Notes: generated from the letters alone by a model not told the origin. A stretch of DNA of 64,000 bases from Camelus ferus (GCF_009834535.1 NC_045707.1:63738001-63802000), one strand, 5' to 3'; positions 28,100 to 39,865 are shown, counted from the stretch's first letter. A program made the numbers and translations.

Positions 28100-29689
28100 C
28101 CTCTTAATTGCTCATGCTAACAACTTTATTGCATACTACTGCTTCTTAAAAGAAGTAAATCCAGGGACCATTCCATTTTATCTTAGACGTAACATTTACT
28201 AGTTTTCCAAGCATGACAGAAATGGAAAAATATATATATTAGAACAAGAACAATTTATGTTAATTTCCACAATTTGTGTTCCTTCTGTGAGCAGTGCCTG
28301 ATTCTATTAAAATTAACAAATTTAAGTTCAGTCCTACACTTAAGGGAAAAAAAAAAAAAACCTAGTGAGAGACTAATTTACAAAGTATACAAGAATATAA
28401 TTTTATAATAAATCTTTCCAGTGTTCGCTATAACTGCATTACTTGAACTGTTTCCCTTCAAAGAAACTCAGAAGGATAGCTCTTATAAAACGAAACAAAA
28501 CTTTCTGTGTTCATCTCTGGCAAGCAACGAACAAATAACACTTGCTCACAGAGGACCTAAAAGTGCTGCCTCAGGAGCGGAGACTCACTAACATGCCGTA
28601 CAAATGAGTCTGCCTGAGTGGCTACTATCTCAGCCTTCTTCCTCTCTTCTCACACCAGTGACTCCATCTCACATTAAAACCTAAGAGAAAACTAAAGCCA
28701 TTGCAGAAGTGAAACTCAGCATTCTCCACTCAAATTCTTCTAAGGTAACCATTCTAAAAGCAAAATCGGCAGAAGTCACCTCTTTTATCCAAAAAAAACC
28801 CCAAAAAACAAAACAAAAAAAAAAAAACCCAAAGGAACAAAAAACAAACAGAAACCCCAAACCAAAAGGCAAATGCTGTTGTTCAACCATCAGATGGATT
28901 TACAGAGGCAAAAAAAATGTGACAACAGCAATAATTCAAGTAAAGTAAATGAGAAAATTTAAACACGCCACTCTCAAGTTAAGACAAAAGTGAAGGGGAG
29001 CTATGATCCTTGTATCAGAGTCAAAAAGCTTAGGCATTATCACCAAATGTTAATTCACTTTACAGTCATAAGACTACTGTATGTATTTTTGCACCTTGCG
29101 CTTGTAAAAGCAGATAAAATATTTAATATGTAATTTACAATGTATTTCACCAGCTCAGCATACAGGACGTATACAGATTATATCAAAGTAGTAGACAGTT
29201 AGGGGCTTGTGCAAACCCTGCAAAAATAGTACTTCAGGTATCTGCTAATTTAAAAAAATGAAAACAAAAACAGTTTGCTGTTTAGAAGTGATACAATTCA
29301 AACTACCACAAAATACAAAGGACTGCAAAAATGTATACCATTCCAACAACATATATAAGTTATTAAATAAAGATTTGATTTAAAAGAATATAAATGAAGC
29401 CTTTAAGTAGGTCTTTTCTACATGCATATTATTCCTTATTAAAGAAAAAAAAATATGTAAAAAGGCCATTGGTAATTGCTTTGTTAACATTTGTAGAAAA
29501 TGCCAATTCTCTGGTCACAAACTCCACTAAGTTTAGCACTTAAGGTCTCTGCAGTGTTATAAACGTAATTTAAAATACTGTTAATTCTATAATTCCATTG
29601 GTAAAATAATGTGACTTGGAATATGGCAGTCTTCATGTTGAGAGCAATGATCCACAGTTTGTTTTTTTTAATTTCTTAGGGGTGAACAG
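28100..29689 (-). other. RAB21: RAB21 proximal 3' UTR; poly(A) signal candidates ATTAAA (29122-29127) and AATAAA (28125-28130)
   Basis: AU-rich sequence without interspersed repeats directly after the stop; hexamers read on the minus strand. The cleavage site is inferred. Confidence 0.7.
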
Positions 29690-29832
29690 TTATCCGGAAG
29701 AGCAGCACCCTCCGCCACCGCTCTGGGCTTGAGGTTCGTCATCAATGATCTGTACACCTCGCCTTGCAGCTCCTGGTTGACTGGAGCCATTGCCTTTTGC
29801 CCTCTCATCCACCTGTGCTGTTTCTATCATCC
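29690..29832 (-). CDS. RAB21: RAB21 coding exon 7 (143 nt including TAA; hypervariable tail with CC geranylgeranylation motif)
   Basis: Acceptor tctcttag|, (R)MIETAQVDERAKGNGSSQPGAARRGVQIIDDEPQAQSGGGGCCSSG*; exon lengths sum to 666 nt, in frame. Confidence 0.97.
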
Positions 29833-30269
29833 CTAAGAGAGGGAGAAAGCAGAAATTACTTAGGGTCACAACTGGAATTTTCTCTTTCTGTGACTTCAGT
29901 ATACCACCATGATAGCCATTTCTGACTTTCAACCAACAAGGAATCTAAATAAAATTAACAGCAAGTGTATTTGTCCACTTGTATAACAGCCACAGTGACA
30001 TTAATAGAGAAAACAAGTTTTTGATTTGAATAAATGACTGTATACAAGTAGCAACCTTAAGATTTTCCAAATGTACTTACAAATATGTCAAAGAAGTTCA
30101 AATTGTTCCAAGTATAAGCAATATTTAGGATAGAAAATTTATTCAACTAGTAATACTTTAAGGCAAATAATATTTGAAAGAGAGTTTAAAATGGAAGAGA
30201 AAGAACAAAGATACAGTAGAAAGTTGCTCTGATGATGACAGTGAGACATTGGTGAAAGAAGATATACAG

Positions 30270-30720
30270 AGATAAATGGAACAGGGTCCAGAAATAGACC
30301 CCTATAAATATGGTCACTTAATTTTTGGTATATGTCCCAAATTTATTCAATGAAAAAATAATAATCTTGTTAAGAAACACTAGAATTAGATATTTACATG
30401 TAAAAAACAAAAATTCGATCTATACCTCCCACCATATGTAAAAATTAACAAAAAATTATAGACTTAAATAAAAAACAACTTCTAGAAGAAAACACAGGAG
30501 AAAATTCTGTAGAAGAAAATCTTTGTAACTTTGAGTTAGCAAAGATTTCTCATATAAGACATAACACAACTCAAAGAAAAACTGATAAATTGAACTTTAT
30601 TAAAATTTAGAACTTCTGCTCTTTGAGAGACAGTTAAGAAAAATGAAAATACAAGACACAAATTTGGAGTAAATAGCTGCAAAATACATATTTGAAAAAA
30701 TGAGGAAAGAAAAAAGTCCT
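30270..30720 (+). mobile_element. Old L1 ORF2 fragment in RAB21 intron 6
   Basis: aatggaacagggtccagaaatagaccc...ttctagaagaaaacacaggagaaaat. Confidence 0.75.
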
Positions 30721-31019
30721 TAAAACAGAACAAGGATTCTTAAACTGGAGTCCAGAGACTGCTCTTGAACAACGGTTTCCAAATCGAGGTTATACGGGAC
30801 AATCCACTGAGAGGAAATTTTTTAAAAAGTACAAATTCTAATTTCTATTTATTTTTCCTCAACCTCTCAAAATTTCTATTTTTAGGTGTGTTTTATAATA
30901 TGCAAAAATACAAGTACTTGTACATGTTCTTTAATTTCAAAATAAACATATGGAGAATTCTCTACTTTTTTAATATAAAGATATGAGATGTATAACATTT
31001 ATAAGCCACTGATCTAGAA

Positions 31020-31332
31020 CCCTGGTACTCAAAAGTATGGTCTGAGGACCAGTATCATCAACGCTTGGGTGCCTGTTAGAAAAGACAAACTCAGGCCTAC
31101 ATCAGACGCACTTTATCAAAAAATGCATTTTAACAAAATCTCCAAGTGACTGATATGTAGCGCAGTGGTGCTCAAATTTTAGTATCATCAGAATCATAAA
31201 GAGGGATTCTGGACACCACCTCCGGAGACTCTGACTCAGGAGGTTTGGGGTAGGGCCCAAGAATATGCATCTCTAACACATCTGAGGATGTTAACGCTGC
31301 TGCTCAAGGGCTGCGCTTAGAGAATCACTGCT
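31020..31332. mobile_element. Two adjacent MER5-family hAT-Charlie MITEs
   Basis: tgcattttaacaaaatctccaagtga; cagtggtgctcaaa...agagaatcactg termini (about 31163-31330). Confidence 0.7.
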
Positions 31333-31875
31333 CCAGAAGGATTATGAATAACCTTCAGCTCTACATAAAACTGAAATTTACTCCAAAATTTGTGTATATG
31401 TACATTTTTCTAGAGAGAAAAACCATCATTTCATCAACTTCTCAAAAGAGTCAGGTCTATAACTTCAAGGATTATATATCATTTGATACAATCATTCCAA
31501 TCCATTATTCTGTAAACTAGGGTTTTCTTAAGTATGGTATGCATCCTATTGGTGATATGAGAAATGACTTTCAGGTTGCATACAACAAACATTTTTCTTT
31601 CGCTGTTCTTAAATTTTTTAATATGGAAAATTTCAAACATATATAAAAGTAGAAAGAATAGCATAATGAAAATCTGTATGTCCATCATACAATTTCATCC
31701 GTACTTGGGAGGCATCTCTACTGTTACTTTAAATCAAATTTCAGACACATAATTTTATTCACAGATTATTTTAATACAAATTCTAAAAGATAAAAATTTT
31801 TTTAAAAAGTAAGAACTCTTTTTTAAGCATAACCAAAACACCACGAGCACACCTTAGAAATTTACAATAATTTCT

Positions 31876-32004
31876 TTTGTGGGGAGTGGTAATTAGGTTT
31901 TCGGTATTTTTATTTATTTATTTTATGGAGATACTGGGGATTGAACCCAGGACCCCGTGCATGCTAAGTGTGCACTCTACCACTGAGCTATACCCTCCTG
32001 CCCC
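31876..32004 (-). mobile_element. tRNA-Ala-derived SINE, long-tail form, intron 6
   Basis: Perfect 12-bp TSD acaataatttct (31864-31875 and 32005-32016). Confidence 0.92.
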
Positions 32005-32444
32005 ACAATAATTTCTGAATATAATCAAATATCCAGTGAGTGTTCATATAGCCCCAACTGTTTCACAAATGTTCTTTTTCACTCATTTGTCAAATTAGGT
32101 AGGGTCCAAATAAGGTTCCTCCACTGCAACAGACTGTTACATCTCTTAAATCTGTTCTACTCTGTATATTCCTCTTCCATTTTTACTTTTAATAGTAACA
32201 CATTTATTTTATTAAATATTTAGCACATACTACACGATTTCATACCATTGATTACTGCTTGAAATAGGGGAAAAGTAAGTATTTACGCTTCAAAAAGTTA
32301 GTTTAAAATATTAAGTAAGTAGTAATACTAGTAGACGTGACAAATTATCAATGCAGTCAGAAACGAACACTGTAAGCATCACTTTGGAAATAGGGTATTT
32401 TTAAAAGAGCCATATCTAAACATACTAAATCTAAATATACCTAC

Positions 32445-32533
32445 TTTTACAAAGGTCAAGAAAGAGTTCCTCAATTCCTTTGTTCTGTTTGGCTGAAGTA
32501 TGGTAATGTTTTGCTCCCACAGATTCTGCATAC
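32445..32533 (-). CDS. RAB21: RAB21 coding exon 6 (89 nt; G5 SAK)
   Basis: Poly-T tract then aag|, (S)YAESVGAKHYHTSAKQNKGIEELFLDLCK(R), donor AAA|GTAGGT. Confidence 0.97.
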
Positions 32534-33051
32534 CTTAAAAAAAAAAAAAGAAAAAGAAATCAGGGATTGATGTAAAAAAAAAGTTTCATGTTTTTGGCCT
32601 ATTTAAATTTTTTTTACAGTAGCAATTTTAGTTTATTATTACTAATTCACCTAGGTTTAGTGAAATTAAGATCATATAACCACTTAATCTCTCTATATTG
32701 AACCAACTTTTAAATAAAAACATAAGTATAATAAGACTTGAAATTTTTATAAGTTAATTTGGAACCCAAATACTTTAGTTTTTGTGACTCACTGACCATT
32801 TGGCCATGATAGTTTTCTTCTGCATTACTCATATTTTTTACTGAAACCAGAAAGAGAAGTGAGAATCGAGTATCTTTAAATATCACCAGAAGTCCAGAAA
32901 TTACCAATGTAATCATGCTTCACTGAATCCAATAGCTCAATCTATATTAAGAGGTTTGAGTTACACCTAAATGGTAAAGAATACTGTGCAAAGATGACAA
33001 TTGCTCACAGGGAGTGACTGGGGGAAGGAGAGGCGAAGGGATAACACTTAC

Positions 33052-33106
33052 GATTCTGCTTCTTGAGTGGAAACATGTCTCTCCTTCTCCAAGTCTATTT
33101 TATTAC
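33052..33106 (-). CDS. RAB21: RAB21 coding exon 5 (55 nt; G4 NKID)
   Basis: Acceptor tttcaaattag|, (G)NKIDLEKERHVSTQEAE(S), donor ATC|GTAAGT; frame joins exons 4 and 6. Confidence 0.97.
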
Positions 33107-34423
33107 CTAATTTGAAAAAGTAAATGCCAATCTTTAATATTGATTCATTTTTATAATGAAATTAAACCAATTATAAATATCCAACTGCCATTTTAATCAC
33201 CTGGGAAAATAATTCAAACTCCCATCAGCTTTCTCAATGTCCTGAAACTATAAAATTAACTCCCATGATGGAAAGGCTGATCATGACTGTCAAGGTGAAT
33301 GCCCCAACCTTCCTCAAATGGCTCAATGCATATCCCTTCTGAAGCTGCAGCCTCTGTCAGACAAGTAACTTTTCCAAAGAGATAGACACTATTTTTGATT
33401 TATGGTAGAATAGGGATTAAGATTCACTAGGGAACCCTAAGGATAAACCTATATAGTTCTTAGCCAAGTGTAATGGTCCCCAATCAACTTAGAGCCAGTC
33501 AATAATTAAGCAAGGCTACCTTATTGCTCATGAAAATATACCTGGCTAGCCTCTTGGATCCTAAGAGTATTTTGGATTTCTGGATGATATGAACTGGTTA
33601 GAGAAAGCATTACAATGCATGGCTTTTGAAGCACTTCACCACTGCAGGGGAAGGAACTGTACTGTTTGTTTGAAAACATGAAAAGAATTTAGTTTATGAA
33701 CAGCATGCAGATTAAATGACTGAAAGTAAGTTTACCTCTCCTTAAACAATGGAACCAAACTGAGATTATGCTAAAAAGCCCCTAGAATGAAAGTGAAGAA
33801 ACAGCAAAATGCAGATTTCTTACTAAATACAGGGTAGAGATTAAAGTGAGCAGGCTAGACACAGTGCTAAAGGCAATGGAAATAACAGACAGGAAAGGGG
33901 AAAAACACCCTAAGAAAGGAAATGTCAAACACACATTTTCATTTCTTTTATTATAACCTACAGGGGTAAAGAAAGAAAACCTTGTGATTAAAGTCATTTT
34001 TTCTTGGGACCTTAGAGATTTGAGAAGACAATTTCAGATAAAGCACTGAAGTAAGCACCCAATGAGGGACACAGTGCTCAGAACTGAGAAGTGCAAGCCC
34101 AGAGGTCCTGTGCACGGAGGACCTCAAATAATCTGGGAAACTAACTACGAGCAGCTGTAAGCAACGATTCGCCATCGCAGACTAAGGCTGAGGGGGAAGC
34201 AAGCGGACATACTAAAGTTCAGCGGGTACTAACAAATTCAGTAATGAACTCTTCCTTCTTTGAACAGTTATCAGTCTCCCTCAGTGAGAAGACACATATT
34301 AGTTCTGATTTCTCACATTATACTTCGTCAATAAGATTTTTAATTTGCTGAATACTACAACCGATATATCCAACAATCACCAGTGGAATAACAAGTTGTT
34401 TTATGCTATGAAGAATGCAAAAA

Positions 34424-34440
34424 GCACCACCTAGTGGCAG
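34424..34440 (-). promoter_or_regulatory. Candidate CTCF site in RAB21 intron 4
   Basis: Minus strand CTGCCACTAGGTGGTGC; 13/14 match to CCASYAGRKGGCRS. Confidence 0.6.
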
Positions 34441-35254
34441 GTGGCTCCAACAAACAGAGGCACAAGGTGCCACTGTAAAAAGCTGAAACAGGAGTCTCCT
34501 ATAGGCAACCAGGAAACTCTGGCTGCAATTAACTAAAATCCTATGAGTTGGTTTTTTAGATCTTTAACACCTCTTTTTTCAAAATCCACCAGAATTACCA
34601 ACATCTATTAAAAAATGAGAATAGGGAAAGTGAACAATCACCTTACCATCACAAATGAGTATTTGGGAAAAATTATTCAGACACTGCTTTATTATTTAAT
34701 AACATTTTAAACTTAACCAACTGAAAGTCAGTTATCATTAAAATAGCTATTTTAATGACATAATTATTATTTTAAACAAAAAAATCCCTCTACTAACTAC
34801 TATTTCTTTGAAACATCAGTGTCATAACAGATTGACAGCACAGACTAAATCACAGAAAACTGCCTGTGAGTGACTGACACTTTCTCAAAGTTTAAGACCT
34901 TTTTAGCTCCTATGTTCTTTTAAAAGCAAGAGAGCTAAAACATTACAGCTCTGAGACTCATATCTGTTTTACTGCTACTGCACAGCTACACTGGGAACTT
35001 TCTAACTGGCTTAAAACATCTGAAAACAAGGACAACCACCAAAGCAAGCAACTCCTTGAAAGTCCTGGAAAGGTTAGGGGAGAAAATGGGTGAAGCTACT
35101 GGAGAGAGAGGAAAAGGCCACCCTGCTAAGAATAGTAAAAACTTCATCTTCTTCAAAATACCCATCGGAATTAGTAAGATGGAAGGGACATACTGCTAAG
35201 GGCAGATGATCTAGTAGCGGTAAAGAGCTAGAACCATATTTTGCTTAGACTAGA

Positions 35255-35450
35255 TGGTGTATGGCCTAGTGGAAAGAAGCTTTTGTAAGTCCTGGCTCAC
35301 TTCATAACTATAAAATTTTGGGCAAATGATTTAACTCCTTCTTAGCCTCACTTTGTACAAACTAACAAATTTTGCAGGGTTGATGTGAAAATAAGATACA
35401 GGTAAAAGGCCTAGTACATGGTAAATGTTCAATAAACAGTAGTTACCAAA
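35255..35450 (+). mobile_element. MIR SINE
   Basis: ttgggcaaatgatttaactccttcttagcctca...aaatgttcaataaa. Confidence 0.65.
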
Positions 35451-35599
35451 AATAGTCACATCCATCCCAGTGAATGATCAAATGGAAAGTCAATATTGTT
35501 ATGAGAGAATTAAAGTCCATGATAATTAAAATTTCTACCATGACCCTGACTGCCTTACCTAGTTTACTTAAACCAGCTCTGTTTTACACATTATCAGAG

Positions 35600-36120
35600 G
35601 CTTAGATAAAAGTCTAGAAGGTTCAGTATCTAATTTACATATGAAAAAGCTAGCAGATTATAGACCAAAAATCCAGAAACATATGACAAGTTGAAATTTC
35701 TACACTTAGGTTTAAATGACTTAATTATGTAGGAAGCAGGGAAACAACTGACAGAAGAGCAATACTTACAAAAAAGGAATTCAGATGTTTGTTAACTATA
35801 TGTATAAAAGAGACACTGAGTTGAAACGGCTGCTAAAAGTGTATGCAACCTTGAGCAATGTTGGTAGAAGGACAGTGTGAGGATTTAAAAAAAGGAGCCA
35901 CGGAATATACACTGACTCAACAATGTCTGGAGTCTAGCGTTCATTTCAAGTGTAGGAAACACACTAGTAACTGAAATAAGCCTAGGAAAAAATAACCAGG
36001 ATGATGAGAACGTCTGAAAGTTAGGCCAAGTGAGAAACAGCTGAAGATCTAGAGAAGATTTTAGGTGAACCATCCAAGTAGGTTTCCAATGTCTGAAGGG
36101 CTGTCTTATGTAAAGGGAAA
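35600..36120 (+). mobile_element. L3/CR1 LINE fragment
   Basis: ctacacttaggtttaaa, cggctgctaaaagtgtatgcaaccttg, ttccaatgtctgaagggctgtc resemble L3 ORF2. Confidence 0.55.
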
Positions 36121-37786
36121 GGAACAAATATTTGTTAAATGCCTTCTCTACGCCTAGTGTTTTCTAAATCATTATTTAATCTTTACTACAATCCTGTGAG
36201 GCAGTATTCTTTTGAAGTTAGAAATAAAACAGAAGAAAGAATAAACACTGAAGTACTTTAAAGAACGAATGAAAATCAAGAGGTGGGAAAAATAATGCAG
36301 CTGTCCATCAATAGGAAAAGGATAAACTGTGGAATATTCACAGCATTAGAGAGCACCAGAACGAAATGAACTACAACTATATATAAGAACACAGAGGAAT
36401 CTAGCAAACATAATGTAAAGACAAAAAAAAGACGAAACAGCATCCATACTGTATGAGTCCATGTATATGAAATTCAAAACAAAACTAGTCCATTAAGTAA
36501 AAAGACCAGCTCATGTTTGGGGGTGGGGGACGGTGAGGGGAAGACAACTGGGGTAGTGCTGGGATGAGAAAGAGTAGGGCAGGGCTTCTCCTGTACTGGT
36601 TACACACATATGTTAACTTTGTGAAATTTTCCTTTTGTGCTCAACAGGCTCTCAAAATTCTTCCAACTCTGAATTACAACTAAAATTCTGTGTCACTCTT
36701 GCCAATGGAAAAGACGAGAGAGTGAGAGCTTTTTACACTTTATACCAATCATTAATAAACATTATAAAATATTAAAGGAGATGTGTCTAACCATACTTGA
36801 GGCAGTAAGCTATCAGATCCAATGTGACTGAACCTTCTTAGAATATGAACATGAAAAATACTGAATTTTAAGCTTATTTACCCAGCTAATTTATTTTAAA
36901 TGTTACTTTGTAACTTTGGTCAAGTATCCAAGCTCTTGAGGGTTCTCTGACTTTCTTAAGAATATGTTAGGTACTTCCTCCTCTCTTCTGAGAGACAACC
37001 AGAATCCCAAATAATCAGTTCTTCAGTCATTCACCTCCTGCGGACACTTCCACTGCCAGTAAGTCCACACACCAGACGAAGGCAGGCTATCTCACTAACG
37101 CATGACTGGCTGCAGCTCTGGCCCCTCACCCCTGTGTGGTCTACCACTCCTGTTCTGGTCTGAAACACCCCCTCCCTCTACCCTGACTCCTAGCATCTAG
37201 ACTAAAAGGCAGCCCAGATCACCTCCTGCTCTTCTCCCAAACTTGCGCCCTGATATGGACCAGTAAAGTTAACCAATCTAATGGTGAAAAAAATGTAAGA
37301 AAAACATAAACTCAAGTTAAAAATAATTCTTAAGGCTAAAAGCAGAATTAGACCACGCTGGCCATTTCATTCTATGTCCTTTAGTAAAACTACCCTGGTT
37401 TCTCCCAGGCCATTCATCAGTTACAAAGAAGGGAAGAGAGAAAACAGCCTGAGGCCATTCAACGTAAAGATGAGTAACAGAAGCACAAGCGTCTGAATGA
37501 CATCAGTGTGAACCCCATCTCTGATAGCTGCATGACACGGAGCAAGTTATTAAGTCTCTCCAGGGCTCAGCTTCCTCTACAAAGCCCTCACTCACAGGGC
37601 TGTGAGGGTACAAGAGAGAATGTTTACTGAGTATACAGCACAGTATCTGGTACCCTTTATTGCTCAATAATTAGCTGCTATATCATAGAAATAATAACCT
37701 ACAGAAAAAGGGAAGCAAAGAGAAATTCCAGAAGTCTCAGAGTGAGTTCTGGAGTCCGTATATTTTACCCATTAAGAATATTCCTC

Positions 37787-37841
37787 CAGATATAACACTG
37801 TAAACTAATTATACTTCAATTAAAACAAATGGAAAAAAATA
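37787..37841 (+). mobile_element. Extremely 5'-truncated L1 (55 bp of 3' terminus)
   Basis: 16-bp TSD attaagaata(t/c)tcctc; insert aligns by eye to the L1 3' end at about 45400-45460. Confidence 0.8.
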
Positions 37842-38296
37842 ATTAAGAATACTCCTCGACCCTACTATATCATGATCTACTTATTTCCTTGGAGTCAAAT
37901 TTGTCCTTAATTCAAAAATGCTTATAGTTAAATGTATAAAACAAGAACACCAGCTTAAGTCATTAATTTTAATCATTTTGTAAAGCAGTTGCTGAGCTCT
38001 TTTTTTCTAAAATAATCTCATGGTGAAAACCTAAAGGTCAAATTAAGGCAAGGCCAGGGGGACTAAAGCCCTACATGCTTAGTGCCTCCCACTGGCTCCA
38101 CAAGGCATTCCTTGAAGGACAGATGTTTGAATCTCCTGGAGGATCACTTTCAAATCCTAAATTATTCTAAAATAGTAAATCCTAAAATACCATTCTTCTT
38201 TTCTCATGTAACTTTAAAATGAGAATTACTTATTTACCATTCTTTAATAAAGTGTTAAGGAAACAAAGGACATTTTTAAAAAGTAATGAAGCTTAC

Positions 38297-38360
38297 CAAC
38301 TATACACAAACAGATTTCATTTCCCAACATTTTCCGCAATTCTTTGACCCAGTTTTTTAC
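38297..38360 (-). CDS. RAB21: RAB21 coding exon 4 (64 nt)
   Basis: Acceptor atacacag|, VKNWVKELRKMLGNEICLCIV(G), donor TTG|GTAAGC; peptide visible in ORF 38244..38453. Confidence 0.97.
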
Positions 38361-38861
38361 CTGTGTATACAAAAGAGTAAATATTAAAACAAATCCTGTT
38401 ACAATGACTACCATTACAACACTCCAAAACTCAACATTGTGTAAATACTTCAAAAGTTTGTCTAACAGCCCGCATATTTTGTTACTAGGAATGACTCACT
38501 GTAGGATCATTTATTGCCAGATTGATTATATTGCAAATCACACACACACAACCATCCAATGGAAAGATTTCTCTCTATATCTACATGTAAGTATGAACAA
38601 AAGCACCTCCAATTACAAATTTTCATAAATCCAAGAAAAGCTGTACACCAGAGCCAAAGTGTGTCAGTTCTAGCCTCTGATAACAGATGCCTGTACAGAG
38701 TCACCTTGGACTTAAAAACACATAAGCTTAATTAAATTATTTTATAACCAATTGGTTCCAAAATAGAGGGCATAGGAGCTTCTGTGTCACACAAGTAAAA
38801 GAAAAACAAAACGATATGGGTACCAAAAAGACTAAAATAAAATTTCATCCTTTGGTATATG

Positions 38862-39046
38862 ACAGGCTTTTTCAACCTTGGCACTACTGATGTTTTGGCT
38901 TAGGTAACCCTTTGTTGTGAGGGTCCCTCCTGTGTCTCGCGATGCTTAGCAGCATCTCTGGCCTCCTGTCGACTAGATAGCAGTACCACCCTCCAGCTGC
39001 GACAATCAAAGATGTCTTTAGATGTCCCCTGATGGAGAACCACTAG
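38862..39046. mobile_element. MER20 hAT MITE
   Basis: ttcaaccttggcactactgatgttttgg...ttagcagcatctctggcctc...gagaaccact. Confidence 0.8.
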
Positions 39047-39367
39047 CAAATGGATTCTTCACTATGGATGCAGCACAGCAGTGCAGTTGGAGTAAACTGA
39101 AGTTAAGTAATCTTTTGAACTCATGATTTTAAACAAGTTGATGACAATGAAACAGGAAAAAGCATGGGATACCTCCTCTCATTTTTTGTAATGGAATTTA
39201 ATGTGTATGTAATCAAATCACAGAGAACTTACATATCTTCCTGAAAAAATACACACACACATAAATTACAGAAATTACATAAGATATGTGTGGTAAGCAT
39301 TTACTGTGTACATGTTCCTATGCACAAAGTAACAGTTTCACACTTCTCTGCAAGAATGCGGAAGAAC

Positions 39368-39475
39368 TGGGGGAGGGTATAGCTCAGTGGCAGAGTGCAT
39401 GCTTAGCATGCACAAGGTCCTGGGTTCGATCCCCGGTACCTCCATTTGAAAAAATAATAATAAAATAATCACAGA
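39368..39475 (+). mobile_element. tRNA-Ala-derived SINE, short-tail form, intron 3
   Basis: Close to tRNA-Ala(AGC); 16-bp TSD aagaatg(cg/ta)gaagaac (39352-39367 and 39476-39491). Confidence 0.9.
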
Positions 39476-39865
39476 AAGAATGTAGAAGAACCATCTTTAG
39501 TAAACTCAAAATCTTTATAAAAACAAAGGTAATCAGTATCAATACCTTATCTCTGTAACAGCAGTACAGTAGTCTCAGTACAGCCCCATTTTTTTGTTTC
39601 ATTAACATGTATGTGTCACATTTTCTGAGAAGCATTTAACTTCCACCCCTAGATGATTTCACATAAGAAAAATTTGACAGTACTGGTATAAAATGTACAA
39701 CTTCAACTCTTCGAGGGAAATATGCCAGAATCCAATTAGTATTACCACACTCCCTGTACATACAGTATCACGATGCACTAAATCTAAGATATTTTTAAAA
39801 AAATACTTATTCGTCTGCAATCAGATCCCCCTTCACAGACACCCTATTCATTACCCCCATACATT

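Noticed and set aside
39369..39444. Apparent tRNA-Ala(AGC) gene (also at 61424-61500 and other copies)
   Set aside because: Mismatches in acceptor and anticodon stems, an A-rich tail, a TSD and many dispersed copies indicate a SINE.
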